From NCBI RefSeq assembly GCF_011745625.1, contig NW_027191482.1, positions 186,001 to 250,000 of the forward strand: a DNA stretch of 64,000 nt, written 5' to 3'. The DNA is from Cladosporium halotolerans. Taxonomy: Eukaryota. The notes beneath the pieces were generated by a model. The model was not told the origin of the DNA. It did not search any database and saw only the letters and a list, made by a program, of their open reading frames with translations. Position numbers and translations under genes: made by a program. Positions 36,101 to 45,258 of this stretch are shown here, one piece after another (position 1 is the stretch's first letter; each line of letters begins with the position of its first letter).

Positions 36101-38063
36101 TTGAATAGCGCAAGAGCTCAGGGCCGTCGGTTTTGGTGGTTATCGCAGAAACCTCCTGATTTTCTTGCCACTCGCGCGTTCCTTGATCGGCCAATTTGCG
36201 CCGATAGTGGTTTTGCACGACAGCCTGAGTCCTCCCTGGCAGGTATCGAGAGATCTGTTCCCATGTCATTCCTCCTACCTCTCGCAGCCGCACAATGAGC
36301 TCGTTCTCTTGTGATGTGAATCGCTGATCATTCTCACAAGCCGGACCAGTGTCGAGAGCTCCTGATTCGTCAAGACCGTCTTGCAGCTCTGTCATAAATG
36401 ATCGTCCATGCTGATGAGAAGCTTGGCCTGTTGCTTGATCATACAAGGAAATCCCTCGGGAATTCCTTTCATCAGGCGGCAAGCTAACAGGCAATCCTTT
36501 CTCCACTAAGCGATGGCGCGCCATGCAGTCGGATGTCTTACAGAGCTTGTTGTAATGATTTTGCACAGAGGCAGCCGAGCGGTTTGAAACCAAACGACCT
36601 ATGGTTTCCCATGGAAGTTGGTCGACCTCACGAAGTCTGATGATCGACTCTTCTTCGTCAATCGAAAAATGTGCTGATCGCGCATCTCCCCCGGTGAGGC
36701 GTCTTCCGGTATTGGCGCCATAGGAAGATTCCATTCCAGGCAGGGGAGTCACTGGTATGCTGAATTCGTCTCTGCCTGCTTGTTCGTCACGATGATCTTC
36801 AGGCACAAGGACGGAGAATGTACCTGGCTTCGGCTCAGGTCTGGGAGGCGAAAGGGTTTCTTGCAGAGGCTTCAGAAGACCATACCGGTAATAGTACATA
36901 CCGCAAGGATTACACAAGAGACCGTCGGGGCCTTTCCTGAAGGTCCGACCATTCGTCTCACCGCAATTTGTGCACATCTTTCCATTTACATTGGCATTGG
37001 GAATATCGCTGCCATTGCTGCGGGCCAGATCTCCGTGCAACGGATCGACTTCGCCATCGTAATCAGTTGCCGTCTCAGGTGCTCCCTCCATCACTGTCTG
37101 TTGATTGAGCCTGGATCGTCTACGTTTCATTGGACGAGGATGTTGCACGGGTGCCCAAATCGAGGCATGACCTCCAGGTGACGCTGTGAACGATGCGCCA
37201 GATGAAGAAACGGGAAGCGGAGGGCTGGGTGTCCGTCGATGTTGATCGCCAGGAAGCGTAGGGAATTCCCAGGGAGAATCTCTGCCATGGTCGTCCTTTC
37301 GACGTCTCTTGTTGTCTTTTCTTGTGGCACCGGTCATGAATCGAGCAAGCTGGTTTGCAATACTCTGGCCAAGTGCTTGAATGGTCTCGGGGTTGATAGA
37401 GCCACGCTGTTGAGATGTGCTTTGCATGGCCTCCATTGACTGTTGCAGGAACGGAAGACTGAAGAGAAGATTTCCCGGTGACCCAGATCGAGACGTGACA
37501 TTCGATGAATCTTCAGTCTGGGACTCGTTCAAGCCCCTGCGGTCGTCAAGTCCCCTGACTAGCGGCTTGGACGCTGGTACCGTCGCTTCAAAATCCTCTG
37601 GGTAGAAGTTGGATGATAGCTCATCGGGCGCGTGGGATGCATCCTGCCGATGGTCGACCTCTTCGTCGTCGCTGCCAGCTCCACGGCTGGAATAGCCAGA
37701 TCTGCCGGATACACTCGAGGCATCACCATCCTCCCAGTCGTCGAACGACTCTTCTTCCGTAGGGCGATCGTCCTGTGGACCTAGAACATCGTTTCCCAAA
37801 CTATTCCCAAACACTCGAAGCACTTGCGCCGATGCGCTTTGGCCCGGGTCGACCTCGTGTCGCATGTTTTCAAGGTGTCCATTGTTGACGAAGACTTCGC
37901 CCGTTTCCAAATCAATCTCATCGCCAATTCCTTCAAAGTCTTTTTCGTATTTCTCGAAGATGTGCTCGAATCGCGACTTCAAGCGAGCGTCGTTCGCGCG
38001 ACGATTGCGGGCGAGGTCGGGGTCATCGTCCACGGACACCCTGTTTCTGAAGTAATCCTCCAT
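33177..38063 (-). CDS. SCM3: Scm3-domain centromere protein with GATA-type finger, five Myb/SANT repeats and a forkhead-like domain
   Basis: RLKSRFEHIFEKYEKDFEGIGDEIDLETGEVFVNNGHL is the Scm3/HJURP CENP-A-binding signature. The ORF is single and uninterrupted, about 1628 aa from the ATG at 38063. Confidence 0.85.
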   Translation of the reverse strand: MEDYFRNRVSVDDDPDLARNRRANDARLKSRFEHIFEKYEKDFEGIGDEIDLETGEVFVNNGHLENMRHEVDPGQSASAQVLRVFGNSLGNDVLGPQDDRPTEEESFDDWEDGDASSVSGRSGYSSRGAGSDDEEVDHRQDASHAPDELSSNFYPEDFEATVPASKPLVRGLDDRRGLNESQTEDSSNVTSRSGSPGNLLFSLPFLQQSMEAMQSTSQQRGSINPETIQALGQSIANQLARFMTGATRKDNKRRRKDDHGRDSPWEFPTLPGDQHRRTPSPPLPVSSSGASFTASPGGHASIWAPVQHPRPMKRRRSRLNQQTVMEGAPETATDYDGEVDPLHGDLARSNGSDIPNANVNGKMCTNCGETNGRTFRKGPDGLLCNPCGMYYYRYGLLKPLQETLSPPRPEPKPGTFSVLVPEDHRDEQAGRDEFSIPVTPLPGMESSYGANTGRRLTGGDARSAHFSIDEEESIIRLREVDQLPWETIGRLVSNRSAASVQNHYNKLCKTSDCMARHRLVEKGLPVSLPPDERNSRGISLYDQATGQASHQHGRSFMTELQDGLDESGALDTGPACENDQRFTSQENELIVRLREVGGMTWEQISRYLPGRTQAVVQNHYRRKLADQGTREWQENQEVSAITTKTDGPELLRYSKEEDELILQMKEEEGMSFAEMTDYLIGRDEESLHRRYSHLRAGDKRFSHDSSALVGMASERNSTLNSREDTTDGNDNGQRDLHSHLPMPPPPHSGPAILVEAINQREIWTNNSSGVASGAPLQANPVPQTPAGPIYPRSHPLNPAQVGPSAWNTTQPSSKGPLPFQPARKGPRPIQPMPPWPGPRDPFTTRQIPANEIFANKAIKPTPPRRNQSAENVLKAKQRRTVHQAQRTQDAPPVSPNPPGAKSSTDAPSEEDGTVNEVLHTTANKEACASTTESQKVSTNDSDQAETLTLAFTPEQDKFIKKAREKERMSWAEIAARLPSSNQHTSQSVTDRYYDVIVGKAASAKVEADNMKSDPDSKFRQRYTDEESEKVALFKGQGMSWEEMAKHLPGRTPGSVQNHYYGSILGSNKQKRVLPAHIAEKTSRWSVPLLRKALKNSTRGASNDREAPTRPESTLQEIPGRATSEAFRKPLNNMGIWNEQPDSDNPSRQSLQKDAQTNIAYAVGFGAHADEMHVTDDDQLASLERTMQDMQAALDKDDLTASEFVSTPPQDVGTEGDTSASSVPTEPGNVRSRPPPPAPIDRCTPEQDERRSPFPNLGAVYDTPARSSHGAMPYFLGPNQLTLEENHPCSDKENTNVGNAHAAPYYYNTGHDIKNQEPSLEIIATDGTNERFTKTAPDSVKQPKLAQSRGAKGKRWSGRSKRISDSEVADSDSDCSYQETADQTETASEDEEISGEEMQRPKLDWAKVISSALNSRPNKRMSGREILAWVRRNHPFYRDTETRWTHRIRYQLKSNPNFCQVDPAASRSSAWTFAESCENPRSGVDNPSTNPYERFFTPAAPADGTRSGAQRANSLTTRSDPDVEQDPATANTNVSAARLKADVEQPNPHVKSSRLSDSALIMRSPMIATPQRDNDRRTSFVARSVGSKRFEPLPRSSLGGSPMLQSSARRFVMARDVQADEEDDMDELS

Positions 38064-38447
38064 CTTGACAACTCCCCCTAACCGCTCCGGCCTTCCCAAG
38101 ATCCAAGCATCCGGACGCGAAAATCGGCAATGTCAGATGTTGGAGTGTCGAGTCCAAGTCGTAGGCGCAAATGCGATGAACGAACGCGGGTCTGGCAAAA
38201 CCTCGGCAAACGCGGTGTCACATGCTCACTTTAGCAATCAGGTCCAGGTGGACCCTTGTGCAGCCCTACAATCGGCGCTTGACATCAGAACTCAAGACAT
38301 ACCTTAGAGCTACCCTACGATCAGTACAAATCGGCCTTATGTTTGTGAAAACCACACGTAGTCGGCTCGCACATATGTAGCCACTCACCTACGCTTCTAC
38401 GCGCGGTCACTCGCTTCTACATCAAGCGAAGTTCATCCTCCTTCAAC

Positions 38448-39920
38448 ATGTCGCAACTGATCTGCCAGAAATGCAGGACGCCCCTGCGAATCGATGGCAC
38501 ACTGGAAGACCTGAACCCAGCATCGTTCAAAATCCTCGCTGATGCAGCGCCCACTCTCCAGCCAAAGAGCCAGGAGGCTCCACGTTCAGCGGCGGCCAAA
38601 GAGCGGCGGCAACAGTACGGCGAGGCCTCCCAACACGCCGGCGCCCCCATCCATAAGCGCCGATTGTCTTCAGGTCAAAAAGCACAAGAAAGGATGAGGC
38701 CTGACATGAGCTATGTCATGCTCACCGAGTCCCAAATCGCTCCTGAAAGGCAAGATCAAGCTACATCGCCGACCAAAGCAAAGCTCGCGCCACCAGCCGC
38801 TAGTAAAGCAACGAATAGCTCTGACGGCAAGAAAACCATCAACTCTGCCGACCTGGAACAGACGATGAAACTCTTCGAAATCCTCTCAGCACGTTCTGAC
38901 ATAGATCATCCCATCTGCATAGAATGCACCGAATTACTACTCGAAGGGCTCCAAAAGCGACAGGCAGCGGTCACACGGGAACGGGACGCCTACGTGCAAT
39001 TTCTGAAGCAGGCGCAGGAAGATGTGCCGACTGATGAGGAGAAGGCCAAGACGAAGAAAGACCTAGAAGAAGCTCAGCGACGTGAGAAGCAAGCGCTTGA
39101 TGAACTCGAGGCACTCGAGGCAGAGAAAGCGCGCATGGAAGATGAGATTGCAGCCCTAGATGCGGAAGCTGAAGACCTCGATGAGGAGGAAGAGAAATTT
39201 TGGCGCGAACGAAACGCCTTCACTGCAGAACTGACCGCCTTTCAAGAAGAGCGTGATAGCTTGCAAAACCAGTTGGCACACGACACCAAGCTACTCGAGT
39301 CGCTACAGCGCACGAACGTCTATAATGACACCTTCTGCATCGGTCATGACGGCTTCTTCGGTACGATCAATGGGCTTCGTCTTGGTCGACTGCCGGATCA
39401 CCCTGTCGACTGGGCTGAGATCAACGCTGCGTGGGGTCAAGTGCTGCTTTTGACTGCAATTGTTGCTGACAAGGAAAAATGCAATCTGCGTGGATGGAAG
39501 CTGCACCCAATGGGTTCTACGTCCAAGATTGAGAAGATCGAAGGGTCCGACCAATCTACCAATGGCAATAAGTCTAAGGGTGCGATGTACGAGCTTTACT
39601 CGTCCGGCGACGTTCCACTTAGCTTCGGCTTCCTCCACCGCAGCTTCGACAGCGGAATGGTTGCATTTCTGGACTGTCTACGCCAACTTGGAGAGCATGT
39701 CGAGCGGATGTCCTCTCGAGCTCCCGGCGGCGCGAGCTTGGCCATGCCGTATGCCATTGCCAAAGACAGAATCGGCGATGTGAGCATAAAGCTCGGCAAT
39801 TTTGGTCAAGAAGAGCAGTGGACAAAAGCTTGCAAGTACACGTTGACATGCTGCAAATTCCTGCTCGCACACGCCAGCCATGTGGCGGACGAGAGTCCGG
39901 ACCCGAAAGGAACACGCTGA
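38448..39920 (+). CDS. ATG6: Autophagy protein Atg6/Vps30 (Beclin-1)
   Basis: CQKC N-terminus, IDHPICIEC, long coiled coil, TNVYNDTFCI, GTINGLRLGRL, WAEINAAWGQ, WTKACKYTL. Confidence 0.97.
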   Translation: MSQLICQKCRTPLRIDGTLEDLNPASFKILADAAPTLQPKSQEAPRSAAAKERRQQYGEASQHAGAPIHKRRLSSGQKAQERMRPDMSYVMLTESQIAPERQDQATSPTKAKLAPPAASKATNSSDGKKTINSADLEQTMKLFEILSARSDIDHPICIECTELLLEGLQKRQAAVTRERDAYVQFLKQAQEDVPTDEEKAKTKKDLEEAQRREKQALDELEALEAEKARMEDEIAALDAEAEDLDEEEEKFWRERNAFTAELTAFQEERDSLQNQLAHDTKLLESLQRTNVYNDTFCIGHDGFFGTINGLRLGRLPDHPVDWAEINAAWGQVLLLTAIVADKEKCNLRGWKLHPMGSTSKIEKIEGSDQSTNGNKSKGAMYELYSSGDVPLSFGFLHRSFDSGMVAFLDCLRQLGEHVERMSSRAPGGASLAMPYAIAKDRIGDVSIKLGNFGQEEQWTKACKYTLTCCKFLLAHASHVADESPDPKGTR

Positions 39921-39928
39921 AGTAGATT

Positions 39929-40933
39929 CTACGGCTTCGCTTCATGAAGAGGACGGCCCCTCTCGTAGAGCAGTTTGTTGAGCCTATCGCTCTCAGAATT
40001 CAACGCACCGGGTGGCATGCGTAGTTGAGGGCCACCGATAGGGCCGATCTCCAAGCACTCCCCGCTCATGTCACCGCGATCGATGAACTGCATGAACGCA
40101 TCGACTATTCCCTCCATCGGAGTCAAGAGTTTCATTTCCTCCAGATGATCATAGAACACACCGGTGCTGATGTTGGTCCTCGCGACGTGTGGACAAACGG
40201 CATTGAGCGTAATCTGCTCGTCAGGCAGATATTTGCCATACGAACGAACAAAGCCGACAGCGCCACTGCAAATGGGTCAGTGAATAGTCTCGACATAGGA
40301 AATGGTCTCCGTCGTACTGCTTTGCTGCTGTGTAGACCGGTAGCGCTACGAAGATGGTCAGTATTTTGGAATCTTGGATCGATGCGAGTACTGACTCGGG
40401 ACGCAGTAAAACCCGCACACGGACGCAGTCCCGATAACTATCAATGAATTTAGCCCTAGCAGTTTGATCAAATCGAGAGCTAGCTTACTCCTTCCCCTCA
40501 GACCCTCATGGTCGACATCCTGTCTGCGCATCTGCTGGATGGCCAACGCAGACGTATATAGGAAGCCGTTCAAGTCAACGTCCAGTATCTGCAAGTTTGG
40601 TTTCGCAAACCCTTGACCTGTGCCACCATCGTTAGGCACGAAGACCTTCTCGCCAACGCCAGCGTTGACAATGACAACGTCGATCCTGTTGAAAGTCTCC
40701 ACCGCTTTTGAGAAGGCGGCCACCTGCGAGTCCCACGACGAGACGTCTACTTCCAAAGCCAGATGCTTCTGGCTTGCAGTTGCAGTTGCATTGAGCTGTT
40801 TGGCCGATTCTTGTGCAGCTTTGAGGTTGATATCGGCAATGGCAATTCGCATCCCGCGGTTGTGCAGCGCATGGGCGACTGCAAGGCCGATTCCAGAGGC
40901 TCCGCCTGTTATGTACGCGGTTCGGGACGTCAT
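39929..40933 (-). CDS. Short-chain dehydrogenase/reductase (15-hydroxyprostaglandin DH-like), 4 exons
   Basis: ITGGASGIG, VNAGV and YTAAK (YxxxK, on a short third exon), then NAVCP. Three introns splice in frame. Confidence 0.9.
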
Positions 40934-41623
40934 TGCTGCTAGTATCGATAGTTGTAATTCAATAATGTGGTACAATTAAACTGCCCTCATTTCATTTTAT
41001 CGCAGCGGCGCATATATACATGTTGCTGTTTGCTCTTGTGACCTGGCCATCAAAGAGGGGAAGCCGTCAACCCCGCAGGAGCCGAAGGCTTTCAGACCTC
41101 ACATCCGAGCACCAACACAGCAGCCTTTCCCAGATTGATTCTTCATCTGCGACCTCTCATAGCCATTAGGCTCATACCACAGGTCCCCGTGCAACGGCAA
41201 CGACACCGACCATCGAGAGCGTGACGTCGCTGAGGGCTTCTTGAAATACCAACCCTTACGGTCGTTTGCTCATACCGGCGACTCCCATGCAACCCCAATG
41301 ACATCGACCAGTGAGAGCAAGGTGAGTCGATTTGCTGCGCCATGTGGCGGCATCTCTCACGGTGGCTGTGACCGTGTTGGAACACCCTCTTTACTACCGG
41401 AACGACATCGACCGTTGAGAGCGTGATCCTTATGCGAGTGATTTGAAGTCTTTCATTTTATACACTGGGCGAGGGCCATCTCACGAAAAGGTATCTCTCA
41501 AGCCCGTTTTTCCGGCGTCTAATCATGCCGTCTATTCCACAGCTGTTTCCCATAACCCCAAGCGCCATAGCTATGCAAATGTTAATCAATAAGACCCCGA
41601 AGTCAGCCAAGTAACAGTCCCAT

Positions 41624-42805
41624 CTACCGTCCCTCCTCCAGGGCATCGAGGTGCCTCTTGAACCTCTCAGCCTTCGCCTTGAGCAGCTTCACAGAGTCCA
41701 GGAATAAGTCGTCGCTCTTGAACTGGCCAGTGCTCTCTACTGAGAAGATGAAGTGATCCCTGTAGCGGCCGAGCTTGACCTTGTTCTTGAACTCCTCATG
41801 GCGCAGGCACTCTCTGCTCACTGTGTCCTTCATGGTATCCTTTACCACGGCCTTGGTTTGTCCTGTCGTGGGGTCTTCTTCGAGCTCAATGACACCGCGA
41901 GGGAAGCAGCGGCGGAACTTCTTCGCGTCGTTTCCAAGGATAGGCTCCTTGATCTCGATGCTAGGAAGCAAGCGGTAGGATGCGGTAGCTACAGGGGAGA
42001 ACTTCGCGTGATCGGCTCCGATTCCCTTCACGCAGTGACAGCGGATATCGATCTTTTGGCCGGGCCTGAGCTTTGCGATCAGGATGTCGGGGTTTGTGGG
42101 ACGGATGCGATTTTCACCAGAGAAGAACTGTTCCTGCTGACCCTGCGGCTCGAACACCAAGTCTCGGGCGTAGACATTGGAGTTTACATAGCGCTCTTCG
42201 GGGTCATTCGATCCGGCTTTGGCAAGCGCTTTGCCGTCGCGGCCATCCAGTTCCTGAGTTGCCCAGCGGCATTCGACCTGCAAGCTCATGACAACGGTGT
42301 TGTAGTCGCTCGGGACGCTCTCGCTCTCGTCGTAGCCTTCCTCTTCCCAAGCCGCCTGAGCAGCATAATCGTCCGCGGGCGGAGGCTTGCGGAACCAGCG
42401 CATCCAACGCAGACCTTCCTCTCCACCAGTCAAGGGAACAAGACCCATTCTATGCGCGAAAACTTCGTCTTGAATGAGGGAGGTGTTCGAGAAAATGAAG
42501 ACGTCCTCGATCGCAAGGGTGGGAACCTCTGCGATCAGTACCCGGCGGAAAGCGTTCGCGATGCTGGCATCGACGCCGACGAGGGAAAAGGCCGCATTGT
42601 AGGACTGGTTGGCGTGGAAGTTTACTTTGAGGTTCTCGCTGAAGCGCTCGAGGTTCCATGAATCATCCTGAGCAGGCCCGTAGTGTCCGGGGATGTCGTT
42701 CGCCGCGGTGTGAGAAACGGTCTCTGCGTTGATTCCGATAATGCGGCGCTGTTCAAGCTGCTCCGCCGTGAGCGGCGCCCAGCTCCTGTCTGCCTTAGGC
42801 GGCAT
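41624..42805 (-). CDS. RPC40: RNA polymerase I/III shared subunit AC40
   Basis: [79 protein letters not shown] at 42805. Confidence 0.97.
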   Translation of the reverse strand: MPPKADRSWAPLTAEQLEQRRIIGINAETVSHTAANDIPGHYGPAQDDSWNLERFSENLKVNFHANQSYNAAFSLVGVDASIANAFRRVLIAEVPTLAIEDVFIFSNTSLIQDEVFAHRMGLVPLTGGEEGLRWMRWFRKPPPADDYAAQAAWEEEGYDESESVPSDYNTVVMSLQVECRWATQELDGRDGKALAKAGSNDPEERYVNSNVYARDLVFEPQGQQEQFFSGENRIRPTNPDILIAKLRPGQKIDIRCHCVKGIGADHAKFSPVATASYRLLPSIEIKEPILGNDAKKFRRCFPRGVIELEEDPTTGQTKAVVKDTMKDTVSRECLRHEEFKNKVKLGRYRDHFIFSVESTGQFKSDDLFLDSVKLLKAKAERFKRHLDALEEGR

Positions 42806-43009
42806 TGTGTGTGTCCGATGTGGTATGCGTTCCTGCAATGCTTCCTCCAGCCGCCGTCCCGCTCGTTGTGCTCCTGGTGTCGTTGTCGTAGGAGTCTCAA
42901 TTGGAGCTGTCCAGTCGCAAATGCTCGCGCATCCAAAACTTTCGCTGCCGCCGTCGCAAAATCCTGGGGAAGCCGATTCTGCCGCGTCGGCGGTGAGCGC
43001 TGGCCCTGG

Positions 43010-43017
43010 CCAATCAG
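43010..43017 (+). promoter_or_regulatory. CCAAT box in the RPC40/NDUFS2 divergent promoter
   Basis: CCAATCAG about 180 bp upstream of a respiratory-chain gene, typical of Hap/CBC targets. Confidence 0.4.
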
Positions 43018-43189
43018 ACGCCCCACGAATCGCCTGAATCGAGCCGTCATCAAACTTGAGCTTCACGACTTCATCGGTGCCACTGTGCGGCGAAACACAC
43101 CTCCTCCGCCTCGACCACCACCACCTCTCCACTCCTCCCTCTGCTACATCCTCCGCGCCACCGCTGCGTGGATTGAGCATACAGCAGCC

Positions 43190-44670
43190 ATGGCCGCACC
43201 CTTTGCTCGCCTGGCCGCCAATGGGGCCAAGCGCGCGTGTCTTCGCCCTCAGTCCCGCCTTGCCACCCCTCTGAGCCAGTACCGCGCCCTCTCTTCGACA
43301 CCCGCCAGACGCTTCGCCGAGCCCGTCGAGAACCCCAATGCCACTCGCCTCATCCCCGTGGACCCCAACTTCGGCTCGCCCGTGGACCCGAATTCCATGT
43401 CCTTCAACTCCCCGGACGACAAGGCCGGCACTCCGGAAGAGCGCAAGATCAGACATTACACAGTGAACTTCGGTCCTCAGCACCCCGCCGCGCACGGTGT
43501 GTTGCGCCTGATTCTGGAGTTGAACGGAGAGGAGATTGTGCGCGCCGACCCCCACGTCGGTCTGCTGCACCGCGGTACCGAGAAGTTGATCGAGTACAAG
43601 ACATACCTCCAGGCGCTGCCTTACTTCGACCGTCTGGACTATGTTTCCATGATGACCAACGAGCAGTGTTTCTCCCTGGCTGTTGAGAAGCTGCTGAACA
43701 TCGAGGTTCCCGAGCGCGCGAAGTGGATCCGTACCCTGTTCGGCGAGATCACCCGCATCCTGAACCACCTTATGTCCGTCCTTTCGCACGCCATGGATGT
43801 TGGCGCCCTGACACCTTTCCTTTGGGGTTTCGAGGAGCGTGAGAAGCTTATGGTATGTCTATTGGTTTCATGCGAAAGTGGCGAATGAAAGAGGGACTAA
43901 CATTAGATCAGGAATTCTACGAGCGCGTTTCTGGTGCCCGTCTCCATGCCGCCTACGTTCGCCCCGGTGGTGTTTCCCAGGACCTTCCCATCGGCATTCT
44001 TGACGACATCTACCAGTGGGCCACCCAGTTCGGTGACCGCATCGACGAGACTGAGGAGCTCCTGACCGACAACCGTATCTGGATTGGCCGCACCAAGGGC
44101 GTTGGTGTCGTCAGCGCCGCCGACGCTCTCAACTACTCTTTCTCCGGTGTCATGCTCCGCGGCTCTGGTGTGCCTTGGGACATCCGCAAGTCGCAGCCTT
44201 ACGACGCCTATGACCAGGTCGAGTTCGACGTCCCCGTCGGCATCAACGGTGACTGCTACGACCGCTACCTCTGCCGTATGGAGGAATTCCGCCAGTCCCT
44301 CCGCATCATCCACCAGTGCCTCAACAAGATCACCCCCGGCCCCATCAAGGTCGAGGACTACAAGATCGCCCCGCCCCCTCGCGCCGCCATGAAGGAGAAC
44401 ATGGAGGCCCTCATCCACCACTTCCTGCTCTACTCCAAGGGCTACACCGTGCCCCCTGGAGAGACATACAGCGCCATCGAGGCCCCTAAGGGTGAGATGG
44501 GTGTCTTCGTCGTCTCCGACGGCTCCGAGAGGCCCTACCGTTGCAAGATCCGCGCCCCCGGCTTCGCCCACTTGGGCTGCTTCGACCAGGTGTCCCGCGG
44601 TCACCTTCTTGCAGATGCCGTTGCCATCATCGGCACTATGGATCTGGTTTTCGGAGAGGTGGACCGGTAG
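43190..44670 (+). CDS. NDUFS2: NADH:ubiquinone oxidoreductase 49-kDa subunit
   Basis: [32 protein letters not shown] and C-terminal DLVFGEVDR; presequence present. Intron 43853-43911. Confidence 0.98.
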
Positions 44671-45258
44671 TGCGGCAACGACGACGTTGTTTGAGTGATG
44701 GAGGAGGAAGGGGAGTGAAAGGGTAAGGTTATGTCATCATACAGCTGTACATATGGCCCCTTACAGCCGAAAATCCCCCATACAGGCGTTTTGTTTCCGG
44801 CGCGGGGTCGAGGGGCTTTTGATAGCATCGATTCTGTAGAGCTGTATCGCTATGTTTCATTGAGTTCATCTAATAGAACGTTGTCGAATGGTCGGGTGGT
44901 GGTGATGATGAGGGAGCCAAATTTTGACGCGTTGGGCGCGAACGAATGACTCGTTGACGAACAAGATCTCAGAAATCGGGCAGTCTACAGAAATACGTCA
45001 AAGGGATGACACTATTCGATGCATCAAGAGCAATGCTGATCTCAATGGTAGCAAGAAGCAATTCGACGTTATGCTAGATGGTATGAGCGGAACCGTCGAT
45101 GAGACCCTACAGTTTGGTACTCCCAACAACGGCCCCTTTCTCATTGGCAGCAGCAGGTGGATTTGCTACACGACTGATGGTACTTGCACAAGTGCCGGCG
45201 AGATGGCACTGTTGAGTGACTTGGAGGCCATGCCTGGCTTGTGAACTCTTCCTGAGCG

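Noticed and set aside
43903..44604. 233-aa antisense ORF over NDUFS2 (and similar ones over HOG1, RPC40, the cyclin and AVL9)
   Set aside because: These are shadow ORFs expected from strong codon bias and high GC on the sense strand; they have no protein-like features.
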